Assembly (NCBI GenBank): GCA_951406725.2 | Contig: OX597821.1 | Span: 50,220,001-50,284,000, forward strand | DNA length: 64,000 bases | Direction: 5' to 3' | DNA from: Octopus vulgaris | Taxonomy: Eukaryota | Shown: positions 39,647-52,337 of the stretch, piece by piece | Position numbering within the stretch: the stretch's first letter is position 1 | How the letters are laid out: every line of letters begins with the position of its first letter | The notes under the pieces: generated by a model | Seen by the model: only the letters and a program-made list of their open reading frames with translations | What the model was told of the DNA's origin: nothing | Database searches by the model: none | Made by a program: the position numbers and the translations under genes

Positions 39647-40010
39647 GGCACAGGCATGGCTGTGTGGTAAGAAGTTAGGTACAGGTGTTGCTGTTTAGTA
39701 AGATGTTTGCTTCCCAACTACAAAGTTTTGGGTTCAGTCCCACTGCATGGCACCTTGGGCAAGTGTTTTCTACTGTAGTCTTGGGTAGACTAAAGCCCTG
39801 TGAGCGGATATGGTACACAGAAACTGAAAGAAGGCCATTGTGTGTATGTATGTGTGTGCATATGTATATATGGTGTGTTTACAACCCCATGTGTTGGTGT
39901 GTTTACAACCCCATAACTTAGCAACTGGGGTTGATTAGTTTGATTAAAATGCTTCAAGGTGGTGCTCCAGCTTGGCTGCTGTCTAATGACTGAAACAAGT
40001 AAAAGATAGA
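39647..40010 (+). mobile_element. SINE family A (intronic)
   Basis: Family A head (partly duplicated), GCACCTTGGGCAAG and tail. Confidence 0.78.
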
Positions 40011-41194
40011 AATTCAGGACCTAAGGTTCCAGAAAACCAATTTTGTACTTCTATTAACTTCTTGCAGCAGTACAAGGTCATGGATTTCTTAAAAAGTTTA
40101 TGCTTGATTGAATAAATCCCTGACATATCGCCCCAGAAGAAATGGAAGACAAAATTCAAATTAGTGGTATTTGAACTTGCAACCCAGAAGTACAGGACTA
40201 AATAATGCAAAATTGTAAGTTCTACAGACTACCATTTCTGATGGCCTTTAGTCTTTAAACCAGCTACCACATGGCTCAGTAGTTAGAGCTTTGGGATCAC
40301 AATCATGAGGTATTGAGTTCAATTCCCAGACCAGGCTATGTATTGTGCTCTTGAGCAAGTCACTTTATTTCACATTGCTCCAGTCCACTCAGCTGTAGAA
40401 ATGAGTGTGACATCACTGGTGCCAAGCTGTATCAGCCTTTGGTTTTACCTTGAATAACATTGATGGCGCTGAGAGGGGAAGCTGGTATGCATGGGTGACT
40501 GCTGGTCATCCATAAACAACCTTGCCCATACTTGTGCCTCGGAGGGTAACTTTCTAGGTGCAAACCCATGGTCATTCATGATTGAAGAGGGGATCCAAGG
40601 TCTAAGTATTCTATCAATTTTATATTCACACTGGCCAGATCTAGCCTGTCACACCTACTCTACAATGTCATTCTAAAAATAAATAATCACATCGTTAAAA
40701 TTTCGAAGCTATGAGATAATGCATGATTAATTCAAAATAATGTGAATAAATAATACAGGTCAGAGTAATCTAAATGCTAAAGAGTTAAAGACATAAATGG
40801 CACAAATGTACAGAGCCATCTTTACATGCTTCTACAGTTGCGGATGACCTACAATAAACAATTTTAAATTATGAATTAGTTTTGCCTTTCACCTTTTGCA
40901 ATTGAATAACTTAGTATCTGTAATATATTGGTGTTAATTGCAATCATAGTTGATTGCAATTCACCTTCAAAACTAAAATCAACTTTGTGCCAAATAAAAA
41001 GAAATTAACCCTTTCGTTACTGTATTTAATTTGAGATGTTCTGTGCTTCTTTCAATTACTTTAAATATAACAAATAATTTAGTAAAATAACTTAGTTATC
41101 ATTCAGCTAGTGTTAGGAACATAAATTGTGACTAAGATTTGGTGGAAGATTTTAATTCAAAACTTATGAAATCAAAATATTTGTAGCCAGAGTC

Positions 41195-41480
41195 AGCAAT
41201 AGGCAGCAACAGATCTGAGGGATATCCAGTTATAGGTAGCAACAGATCTGAAGGATATCCAGCCATAGACAGTAACAGATCTGAGTGATATTCAGCTATT
41301 GGCAGTAACAGCCGTGCAATAGCCAGCCATGGGCAGTAACAGAACTGTGCAATATCTAGCAATAAGCAACAATGGATCTGCAGAATAAAACAGACCCTGG
41401 TAATATTCAGCTATAAACAACAACAGTTCTGTTGAATATACAGCAACAAGTCTGTGGAATATCCAGATATAGGCAGCAAG
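41195..41480. repeat. Degenerate 33-bp minisatellite
   Basis: AGCAATAGGCAGCAACAGATCTGAGGGATATCC-like units decaying rightwards. Confidence 0.8.
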
Positions 41481-42673
41481 ATTTCAATGGAATTGGAGTG
41501 GAGTTTGTTGGATTCAGAATAGCATTCAATTCTTCATTCAGACAAAGCTCTTGAAAGCACACCAATAACCTATACATATAATCAAGAAACTGGTTTTAGT
41601 TTGTTTTTCTTTTTTTTTTTTTTTAATCTTTACCTCCTAAACTCAACAGAGATGAACACTAGCCTTGTGGATTCTTCTAATTGAAAGAAAAATATTAGAA
41701 AAATTCTGAGACAGGCATTGGTCCTGCAACATCAGCTGTGCATCTAAATAGTTAACTCATTAACGGGCATGGCTGTGTGGTTAGAGAGCTTGCTTCCTAG
41801 CTATATGGTTTCGGGTTCAGTCCCACTGCGTGGCACTTTGGGTAGGTGTCTTCCGCTATAGCCCCGAGCCGACCGGAGCTTTGTGATTGGATTCGGTAGG
41901 TGGAAGTTACTGCCGTGTGTGTATATGTGCGTGTAGGTGCTTGTGCCTCTCCGAAAGAGAGAGAGAGAGGGATTAACAGCATTAAGATCTGAATATATGT
42001 AGAAATAATTAGAACCATTTTCACAACGAAGGAGATGAAACAGTTAACTTAAGTGATAACATTTCATATGCAGCTACCTCCTGCATTATTAAAGCATTGC
42101 ATTCCTGACAATCTTGCTATATGGAATATCTTATTGCAAAACTTATTTTTCTCATTAACACTTTGCCTGTCCTGTGCATCATGTGATACACAGCACATAT
42201 TTCCTTGGTTATCCATGCATCATATTTGATATCACATTCCCAATTTTTTCCAACCATCAGAGTATCTTGAGACTTATGAATGGAAAGCTTTATATTATTC
42301 AGAATGTATGAAACAAAGGCTAACTAAAAATCTGAAAACAACCATGAACATTTAGGATAAACTTGTGAAAATGCTTTGGAGATCAATGGGTTACTTTTTA
42401 TGATATTTATCATGAAAGGCAAGGGGAAAATAGATTCCATGTTATACAATTCCATATTACAGCAAGATTTTCAGAAATGCAATGCTTCCATAATCTGGAG
42501 GACAGCTATAGTTTATAACAGTTGAGTTTTATAGAAGAGCTATATTTGACGGAATAAAACTAGTACTAGTATATATTTTGAACCTAGGTGGTAAATTACA
42601 ATTTAAATTCAGAACATAGAGGGATGTAAATTATTTTGTTACATATATGTGTGTGCATATATATATATATATA

Positions 42674-43168
42674 CTAGCAGTATCGCCCGGCGTTGCTCGG
42701 GTTTGTAAGGAAAATAACTATATAAGCATTTTTAGAGAGTTACTTCCCTTATAGATGCCAATTCGGGCTTTCTTAGCCATTTCTGTTTTGGTGTCTTCAA
42801 GCCATGAAGTCGTTGTTCTAAAAGAACGCTTTACGACATTGATTTCCTTACACTCCCTTCCCCACAGCTTCACGAGAGAGGGAAGAAGGGGGAGAAGCAA
42901 ACAGGTGCAGGTGTGACCATGGACGCCAACTCCGCCGCCATCGACACACGAAAAATTATGCATTAAAATGGAATAAAAAATGATGTTAAATTATTTTTTA
43001 AATCGTAGACTCATCGTAGACGCGCGCTAATACTCAGACGGGCTCGATATGAATCACGACTATAAGATACCCGAATTTGGTTAAACTGCACCGCAAAATG
43101 TGGGAGTAGTTAGGAATCTAAATCGAAGGGGACAGACACTCACACAACTACAGTTTTATATATATAGA
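42674..43168 (-). mobile_element. Non-autonomous Helitron, copy 1
   Basis: Minus strand starts A|TCTATATATATAAAACTG and ends with an imperfect GC hairpin CCCGAGCAACGCCGGG, then CGATACTG-CTAG|T; A/T insertion site, no TSD. Confidence 0.85.
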
Positions 43169-43385
43169 TATATATATATATATATATATATATACATTCA
43201 CACACACACATTATATATATATATATTACATTTATATATGTGTATATTTATTCCCACACACATATATACATATACACACATATATACATAAATTTATTCA
43301 CACACACACGTCTGATAGTCAATACCAGTAGAGGAACTTAACAGGGCAAACTCCAGAGCTAATGCCCAAATGAAATTATTAAATA

Positions 43386-44053
43386 CTAGCAGTATCGCCC
43401 GGCGTTGCTCGGGTTTGTAAGGGAAATAACTATATAAGCATTTTTAGAGAGTTATAGCAAAAAAATGCATTAAAAATGGAATAAAAATTTATGGTAATTT
43501 TTTTTTTAAATCGTTGACTCATCGTAGACATTTTTAGAGAGTTACTTCCCTTATATAATAGCGAAAAAATGCATTAAAATGGAAAAAAATTATGGTAAAT
43601 TTTTTTTTAAATCGTAGACTCATGTAGACGCTTTCTTAGCCATTTCTGTTTTGGTGTCTTCAAGCCATGAAGTCGTTATTCTAAAAGAACGCTGGTCTCC
43701 TTGACAACGCTTTACGACGTTGATTTCCTTACACTCCCTTCCCCACAGCTTCACGAGGGAGGGAAGAAGGGGGAGAAACAAACACAGGTGCAGGTGTTTG
43801 AGCGTGGACGCCAACTCCGCCGCCATCGACACACGAAAAATTATGCATTAAAATGGAATAAAAAATGATGTTAAATTATTTTTAAAATCGTAGACTCATC
43901 GTAGACGCGCGCTAATAGCCAGACGGGCTCGATATGAATCACGACTATAAGCTACCCGAATTTGGTTAAACTGCACCGCAAAATGTGGGAGGAGTTAGGA
44001 ATCTAAATCGAAGGGGACAGACACTCACACAACTACAGTTTTATATATATAGA
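43386..44053 (-). mobile_element. Non-autonomous Helitron, copy 2 (extra internal repeats)
   Basis: Same TC and hairpin-CTAG termini as copy 1, plus additional AAATGCATTAAAATGG..CGTAGACTCAT repeats. Confidence 0.85.
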
Positions 44054-44179
44054 TATGCATACATCTAATATTAGTTGTCAACTCATTCTAGAGTATGACA
44101 TCTTGGAATTTCTTCTTGAGGCCCTTTCCTTGCATGACTTTGTAGAGGACTCTTCATACCAGCTTTCAACTTCCCCACT

Positions 44180-45790
44180 TTACCATACATGTTGCACTTC
44201 AGACCAAGTTGCTGGAGATACTGCACCTGCTTTGTATCACACTGCCTTTTCCTTTGACTTGCTTTCCCTTCTGAATTGCTCTTTTGTACGGAGCATGCTG
44301 AATTCTTTCCCTCTCAAATAATGCTATCTCATCAAAGATTGCTTTTCTCCACTTTACTCTGTCAGCAGCTTTTTCTTCCCACTTCTCAATAGAAATAGCA
44401 CATTTCTTCAAGTTCATCTTAAGAAGATCTTTGTACCATGTTTGAGTTTTGAGGCTTTCTGCTTTCTTTTTTTCCCCATAAAACAGTTGCTTTGGAATTC
44501 AAGTATTACTCATTCAAAAAAATGTCCACTCCACCTTAAAACACTCCAAACGATGATGGCTTCAACGACAGTCATCTCAGCTTTTTCTTGAACTTTGGAA
44601 TCTAGAGTATGTCTGATCCACTTCACGTTGAGTATATATTTTAAACAGTGTTGGTGAAGCTATTTGAGCATCTTGACTTGGTGTTTGTAGATCATCCAAG
44701 TTTCAGAGTCATACAATAAACCCAAGAGTACACTAGTCTTGCAAATGGATATCTTTGTATTTAATCTGATCCCAAGTATTTAACCTAAAAGCATAGCCGG
44801 CTTTTCAGATTTCCAAGAGCTACCAAAGTTTTCTTCATTCTGTAGAAGATCTCCTTCTCCAAACTTGCATCATCTGACAGTACACTTATCAGAAACATAA
44901 AAGACGTCACCATTTTTAATTGTGTATCTTCTACTGGCTAATATCAACAAATTTTGAGTTTCTTTTGACTAGAATTTGCCCATGTGAAGCATTGTGTAAC
45001 TACTTTTCTGCTGAAACTTAGGGTGTATCTAAAACCTAAACTTGGCTCTGACTAATCAATGACTATCCAACACTTTGCACCTCTCATGACTCTTAGTTTT
45101 CATATCCCATAGACCACACTTTCTAATGTAATAAAATCAACCATATGGCAGTGCTTCAAATGTGGGTGCATCCACGTCTCTCTGCACTTGCTTTTTTAAT
45201 TAAAGAAAGCATTGCCAAGTTATAGTTATTGTATAACTGCAAGAGATGCAGTTTATTGCAGTGTTTTACCAAGACCATGTTTCTCCAGGTAGCACCAAAT
45301 ATCATGCTCAACTCCTACCAAACATTAAAGTCTTCCATTAGATATATCCTGTAATTCTTGTAAGTACCAAGTAACAACTTTCTCAGGTCAATATAGAACA
45401 GTATTGTATCCTCCTCTGAATGTGCCACTGGTAACATATACACTGATCATAGAGTTGTATCTTCTTTTATCCAACGGCAATTGAAGGCTTATTATTCTAT
45501 CTGATGTGCCAAAAGGCAGTTCCTGAAGTTTCTCAACTAACTTGGTCTTTATAGCAAATCCTACACCATTCTCTCAGTTTGCTTTTTCTGTTTTCTGTTC
45601 CCAAAAGAATGTATTTACTTTGGTGATCTGCCCTTTGTTAGCAAGAAATGTTTCAGAAAGTGCTGTAATATCAATATCATATCTCCTTAATTCCTCTGCT
45701 AAAAGAGCAGTCCTTCTTTCCAGCTGATTTTCACTTCCTGAGTCAAGGTGCAAAATACTGACAACCAAACTTCAGATACATGCTAGCAAT
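44180..45790 (-). mobile_element. Decayed RTE/BovB-like LINE
   Basis: ERRTALLAEELRRYDIDITALSET..GVGFAIKT (APE N-terminus) and PKQLFYG..NLKKCAISIEKWEEKAADRVKWRKAI (C-terminus). Confidence 0.8.
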
Positions 45791-47389
45791 GTTTTTGCAC
45801 TTTTTTTTTTTTTAGTTATTGCTGCTTTTCTTCTCTTTATCTTTTTACCATTAAAAACAAACAACCATCAGCTGTGACATGCTGATCAGTTTGAAATGAT
45901 GTAAGCATTTGTTTAGAGCACATTTTCTAGTTCCCACGCATTGCGAGTAAGCAGTGTTGTCCTTAACAGGCTACTTGGTCATGAAGTGTGATCCTGAGCT
46001 ACTGTCGTTACCACCTTTGACTTTCAAAATGACATTACAATACACACTAGACTACCAATGTGCAGCTTTGCAGCTGCATACTTCCAGTCCAATAAACGTC
46101 TATTTGTCATCACTCCCTGCCATCACCATTGGACTTTCAAGAACAAATAATTTTTCTGATGGTAATAATTCATTTCCAAGAAAACTTATGCATGAGTATA
46201 TTTCTAGTACATAAGGCTTGCACAGTACCATATTCACTTTTTGAATGTTGCAAAGCTTATCAGCAGCAAATATATGAGACAACTGGCATTTACAACATTC
46301 CCCGGGTTGTTTTAGGTTTTCCCTCTCACCAAAACATTCAGAATACTCAAGCAGATGCACTCTCCAGTTGACAGTAAAGTTGCTCCTCAAAACCACAATA
46401 CTCTTTGCCTTGATGCCGATCTGTTAACATATGCCTCTACAGTTATAGCTACTCATAAAAAAATAGCAGGACTTGTGATCAGGATTCACTCCCTCAGATT
46501 TTCTGTGCTCAATTAGAAACAGGGTTACCTCATGAAGGATGTGATCTTAGAAATCACACACACACACACAGCAAGCAGTCCTTGCCTTGCTGTGGAGAGG
46601 TTTGGAGTCCATCTTTTGACTTCAGCACACACTTGAACCCCAACCCGCTGCCATATAAGTGATCTCTCAAAGGTTTGCTTATAATCCCTTCACATAGCAC
46701 TGACTACTTTACTGAGCACTCTCCACCCTTGACTCCCAATGTCCAAGTAGATGTGGAGAGCAAAAGCTTTTCAAACTAAGTATATGAAATTACAATACAT
46801 ATATATATATATATATATACACAATTGTATATGTGCATATGTATGTGTGTGCGATACATATATACACATATATCTATACATACAAATATTCTCACACACA
46901 CACACACACATACATACATAGGAGATAATAATTAACAGACTTTTCACCCCAGGTAGTTATATTCAATAGCAAATTATGAAGTCTGCTAGCAGATGTGAGT
47001 TAAATGAGTTCAAGACATCTTCTATATGAAGTTCTTGGTTAATCTATTTTTATTATCTAAGCATGAAAACAAAAGGATGTGAGGTTAGGCATTCAGCAAT
47101 TAGCTGTTGTCATGTATGTAAAACCTTTACTACAGCTTGTCTATTATATCTCCTTAAGTACTGAGTACATATTGCATTTATTTATAATGTGAAGAAATTT
47201 AACAGAAGATAACAGGGTAAAAATTAAGAGTAATGTTATGTTTAGCGTAAAAAAAAAAGAAACAAAAGGTGGATTAAATTTATTGTTAACTTTAATTTAC
47301 AAAACGTGAGGATCACATTACATTTGAAATCAAGCACAGGCATGGCAGCTGTAGGCACAGACGTGATAATGAAGTAAGACGTTTGAGTG

Positions 47390-48163
47390 CTACTTTAGCG
47401 TGCGGTCTACCACAGTATCCTACTTTAGCATGCGGTCTACCGCAGTATCCTGTCTACACTGAAATTACTTTTAGCATGAGGTCTACCTTTTCTTACCCTT
47501 TTAACTTGAGTTAATTTTAGCCATTACAAATGCTGTTAAAGGATTTCTATAGATGCACAATTTTTACAGAGGAAACAGCAGTTGTGTTTTTACAAGAAAG
47601 CAATCTTCTGGATACATTACAAGAAGCAGACTCTTGTCATTGATGTGGTAGCGTCAAGCAAGAAAAACAAAAATGTGACAGAAATGGAGAATACCAGCTT
47701 ATATCTCGTTTTCCTCGAAAAGGGTGTCTAACTTCGTGTTCTATTCGGAAAGGTAACTGGTTTTTTTTCCTTATATGGACATCAACAAGTTGCACTGCAA
47801 TTTGAGCTTGTGAGAGATTTTAGAGCTGGTGTACTTTTTTTTAATGGAGATATCCATGAATAAAGCAGTGACTCTAACAGGAAAGTCTTCCAGTATGGTA
47901 AATCACTGGTATGATATGTGCAGAGAGGTGTGTAAAGCCATCATTTCTCATCGTCAACGGGGTAAGATGGTTGGAAAAAACAACAACCCCATTGAAATTT
48001 CTGGTCAACAGAAATACAATTGTAGGAGACTGCTAAATAGCAACACTGCTCCACTTGCTCAAGAAAATTATGTAGATGTACAAAATAACAGGAAGCTTGG
48101 ACATAGAATTGATAGTCCTTGGGTCTTTATTGCAGTAGATTGCATGCTAAAGTAGGATACTGC
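47390..48163 (+). mobile_element. Merlin (IS1016/ISXO2-like) DNA transposon remnant
   Basis: VNHWYDMCREVC..GKNNNPIEI..KYNCRR..PWVF transposase motifs. The 30-bp repeat CAGTATCCTACTTTAGCATGCGGTCTAC is tandem on the left and inverted on the right (GTAGATTGCATGCTAAAGTAGGATACTG). Confidence 0.72.
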
Positions 48164-49801
48164 TTCTTAACTACATGCTTCTGGGTTCAAGGTGCCACGC
48201 AGTGGTACCTTGTGCACGTGTCTTCTACTATAGCCCCAGGCTGACCAAAGCCTTGTGAGTGGATTTACAGGATGGAAACTAAAAGAAACTTGTCATGTGT
48301 GTGTATGTGAGTGAATGACACACACATGTGTGTGTGTGTATGCGTATCATCATCATCATTTAGTGCCTGTTTTCCATGCTGGCATGGGTTAGACGGTTTG
48401 ACTAGAGTTGGTAAGCTGGAGAGCTACAGCAGGCTCCAGTCTGTTCTGGCTTAGTTTCTACAGCAAGATACCCTTCCTAATGCCAACCTCTCCACAGAGT
48501 GTACTAGGTGTCTTTAACAAATCACTGGCACAGGTGCCTTTAACATGTCCTCTTCGTGTTTGTGTTTATCCCCCACCTCACTGCTTGACAACCAGTGCTG
48601 GTTCATTTACATCCGCATAACTTAACTGTTTGGCAAAAAGATACTAGTAGAATAAGTACTAGGCTTAGCAAAAACAAAAAAAAAGTACTGAGGTCAATTT
48701 GTTTGGCTAAACCCTTCAAAGCAGAGCTCCAGCATGGCCACAGCCTAATGACTGAAACAAGTAAACAATAAAAGATATACAAGTATGTACATACACATGT
48801 AAATAGGTAGGGGGGGCTGACATCATATGATAGATATAAAATGATTGTCACTGCTATACAAGCAGTGTCACTCACTTTCAATATTCTGCAAGAATATGTT
48901 TGGCCATTGGGAAATACTTGCCTGCTTGGAAATAGGTGAGGGTTGGCAACAGAAAAGGCATCCAGCTGTAGAAAAGCTGCCTCAATAAAATCCATCCAAC
49001 CCATTCAAGCATGGAAGAAGAGATGTTAAAACGATGATGATAATGATGACTGCATTAAGTAAAAGCAGTAAGTAACAAATTTTACTTCCTCTTCCCAGAT
49101 GAACAGCTACCATTAAATATAGAAAATTAATATTTCTAAATAGAATCACTCCTGACTATAAGTTTATACATACTAGTACAAGGGATAAAATCCCAGAAAA
49201 GTTATCAAGTATTTTAATACTTCTCAAGTAATCTCATTTCACTCTTCTTCCATCTTCTCATCACCTTTGTTGAGATTAAGAGGACCCCCTTTGGCCATGA
49301 ATGACCATGAGATTGCACCTAGAAAGTTACCCTCCTAGGCACAAGTCTGGGTAAGGTTGTTCAGGGAAGATCAGCAGTTATCCATGCATACCAGCCTTCC
49401 CACTCCTCACCACCAATGTTATCCAAGGAAAAGGCAAAGGCCGATAGTTTGACACAAGTGATATTACAACTCATTTCTATAGCTGAGCGAAATAAAGTAC
49501 CTTGTTGAAGAACACAACACACAGCACAGTCCAAGAATCGAACTCACTACCTTATGAATGTGAGCCCAACGCTCTAACCACTGAGCCATGCACCTTGTTA
49601 AGATTAGACCCCCACACTAATCTCTATACCCAGTCCTTCCTTCCTAGAATGTTTGATCTTATGGAATTCCACACTGTCTCATAAAGAAAATGTCTCCTGT
49701 AGGTACTGACTTACAAAAGTTTCAGAGACACATTAATGGCATCAGTCTCACCAGTATAGGTGGGCTTATGAAAGTGATGGGCACTGCTCTTTCATCTAGA
49801 C

Positions 49802-50119
49802 TGATGGTTGTCAACCATTTTTTACGTATAGCCACTTTGATTACTATTCTATTCTGGTGGACACCCATAGTCATTTTAAATTGAAAAATTAGTTTTATAG
49901 AAACCCCTTTCAAAATTCCTATTTTGATTTTCACACATTAATTTGTGTACGTTGCACTATGTAAAATGTTAGAAAGAAACCTAACTGTTTCTTACAAGAA
50001 ATGCATCTGAATCAGAATTTTTCATGGACCCTTAAAATACTACTTGTGGATCCCCTGTTTACTATTTTGTTTATGAAGATCCCCAAAAATCTTATATGGA
50101 CCCCAGTTGAGAACTCCTG
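49802..50119. mobile_element. hAT-like MITE, older copy
   Basis: Homologous to 63247-63568; flanks ATCTAGAC / GTCCAGAC look like a decayed 8-bp TSD. Confidence 0.65.
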
Positions 50120-50168
50120 GTCCAGACCCAACAAGTAAAACTAAAATCTCATTCAATAAGAAACTTAC

Positions 50169-50349
50169 CTGTTGCTGAAGTTCTGCTGTGCATGTTGGGA
50201 AAACATCCCTGGGTAAATCTTCACCAGAGAAGCCAATTTTACAAGTGCCTGTACCACAGTCAAAAACCACAGGTACACCATCATTGTTGTAGCGTTTACG
50301 AGAAACTGGAGATGTTTCGTAGCATGTCTGTACATGAGATTCTTCTTTC
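50169..50349 (-). CDS. Actin-like gene, upstream internal coding exon (phosphate-1 loop)
   Basis: T-rich tract then CTGCAG| acceptor and CAG|GTAAGT donor. Encodes KEESHVQTCYETSPVSRKRYNNDGVPVVFDCGTGTCKIGFSGEDLPRDVFPTCTAELQQQ, joining 39388 in phase 0. Confidence 0.88.
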
Positions 50350-50479
50350 CTGCAGAAAAGAAAAAAAAAACATTGTTAACAAAATCATTACTTAACCCCA
50401 AAATTAATTATGGAAAAAAATCATAAGACGTACAATTTAAAGATCATATATATATATATATATCAGTGGTGAGCGTATG

Positions 50480-50745
50480 ATGAATTTGGACTGCAAATCA
50501 GTTTTAGGAAGACCATAGTCAATGCTACAACCAGCACCAGATAAGCTATATATCCTATCACCGATGTACATCAAGGGTAAAAAGTTAGAAGTTGTAGATA
50601 CCTTTGTCTACCTTGGCAGCACATCGTCTGGAAATTAACACACTTGATAAGGAAATCAGTTATAGAATTTCTGAGGCTTGAGGAGCACTTGGAAAGCTTG
50701 AATCAAGGCTCTGGTTGCAATCAGACATCAAAGCAGCAATGAAAG
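50480..50745 (+). mobile_element. RTE-type RT fragment
   Basis: FGLQISFRKT..GKKLEVVDTFVYLGST..DKEISYRI..GKLESRLW. Confidence 0.72.
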
Positions 50746-51070
50746 ACGATGCCTGTCAAGCATATGACTTAACAGCATTGTTGTAAAGATACAAAACCCG
50801 GACAACCTACTGCAAGCATATCCAACATTTTGAGCAATTCTATCAGTGCTGCTTGAATAATATCCTGAAGATCTCATGTGGCTGATACAACAATACTGTT
50901 TAACCTCAAGGTTCAAGGAAATGAATGTAAATAAAGCGGTAGAGAATTGGACAAAGTGCATGAGCAAGGAGTTCATGAGAGTACAAAGGGGGACAAGAAA
51001 GAGAAGGGGAACCACAGTGAGTGATACATACATACATACATACATACATAGCATAAACTATATACAACAA

Positions 51071-51470
51071 AGTAGGAGTGGCTGTGTGGTAAGTAGCTTG
51101 CTTACCAACCACATGGTTCCATTTCAGTCCCCCTGCATGGCACCTTGGGCAAGTGCATTCTACTATAGCCTCGGGCTGACCAAAGCCTAGTGAGTGGATT
51201 TGGTAGACGGAAACTGAAAGAAGCCCATCGTATATATGTATATATAATGTGTGTGTGTGTGTTTGTGTGTCTGTGTTTCCCCCCCCCCAACATCGCTTGA
51301 CAACCAATGCTGGTGTGTTTACGTCCTCGTAACTTAGCAGTTCGGCAAAAGAGACTGATAGAATAAGTACTAGGCTTACAAAGAATAAGTCCTGGGGTCA
51401 ATTTGCTCGACTAAAGGTGGTGCTCCAGCATGGCTGCAGTCAAATGACTGAAACAAGTAAAATAGTAAAA
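51071..51470 (+). mobile_element. SINE family A
   Basis: Full head-to-tail match to other copies. Confidence 0.88.
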
Positions 51471-52337
51471 AGAGAGAGATACATGCTAACTTTTCTGCTT
51501 TTATTTCATTAGTGTGATCCAACAAGCACATCAATATATCTGTTACTAATTTGTTAATAATTTTTATATCTTGGAAGGAAGAAATCGAGGAGAAGCAGAG
51601 AGTCTTTTGTAACCTGATGAGAATTGTCAACACTTCCTACCAAAAGATGAACATGCTGACTGCTGACACAAATTAATACCACCATCATTATCACCATTAA
51701 TAATTTAACATCTGTCTTTCTTTGTTATTATCATTGTTGGTTTCTTTTATTGTTCCATGCTAGACTCATTGATGAGCTGATCATATTTTCTGATGACTCA
51801 CAATATATTTCAATCTGACATCATTAGCATCACAAGATGCTGGGGCTAACTGGTGGGATGACAGAATGGAAGCAAATAAACATATGGTATACTGCAAATT
51901 CATCCAACCTAAACTAATATGGAAAACTTGACTGTTTTACATTCGCTTTTCATGCAAGTATGGGTCGAATGAAATACATATTGCTGAGACTGTTCTGCAA
52001 CCGGATGCCCTTTCGTGTTGCTAAAAAGTGAACCGAATCATGTACAGGGATCAAACCACATGACTTTCTATATGCATTATGACCAAGATATCACTACACC
52101 AAGGAGACCTGACAAAACATTAATATTCCCATGCTGGGAATCAAATACAGGCTGCAGACTTATAAATACAGAGGAGGAGGAGGGGATAACATGTTGATGA
52201 TGCTGACAGCTATAATGACAATGATGACATCAAAAACAATGATAGCAATGATAACTACAGCAATGATGATAATGATGATGACAACAACAATGACCACAGC
52301 AAGTACTTCAACAACATGGATTATATGAGACAATGTA

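Noticed and set aside
41005-41190. piggyBac-like end (TTAACCCTTTCGTTAC)
   Set aside because: No matching opposite TIR or TTAA identified, so not called.
50165-50401. Alternative-frame ORF (MYRHATKHLQF...) over the actin-like exon
   Set aside because: Shadow frame; the actin motifs are in the other frame and splicing would not keep this one in the actin frame.
52131-52328. Met/Thr-rich ORF
   Set aside because: Degenerate (ATG/ACA)n trinucleotide tract, not a gene.
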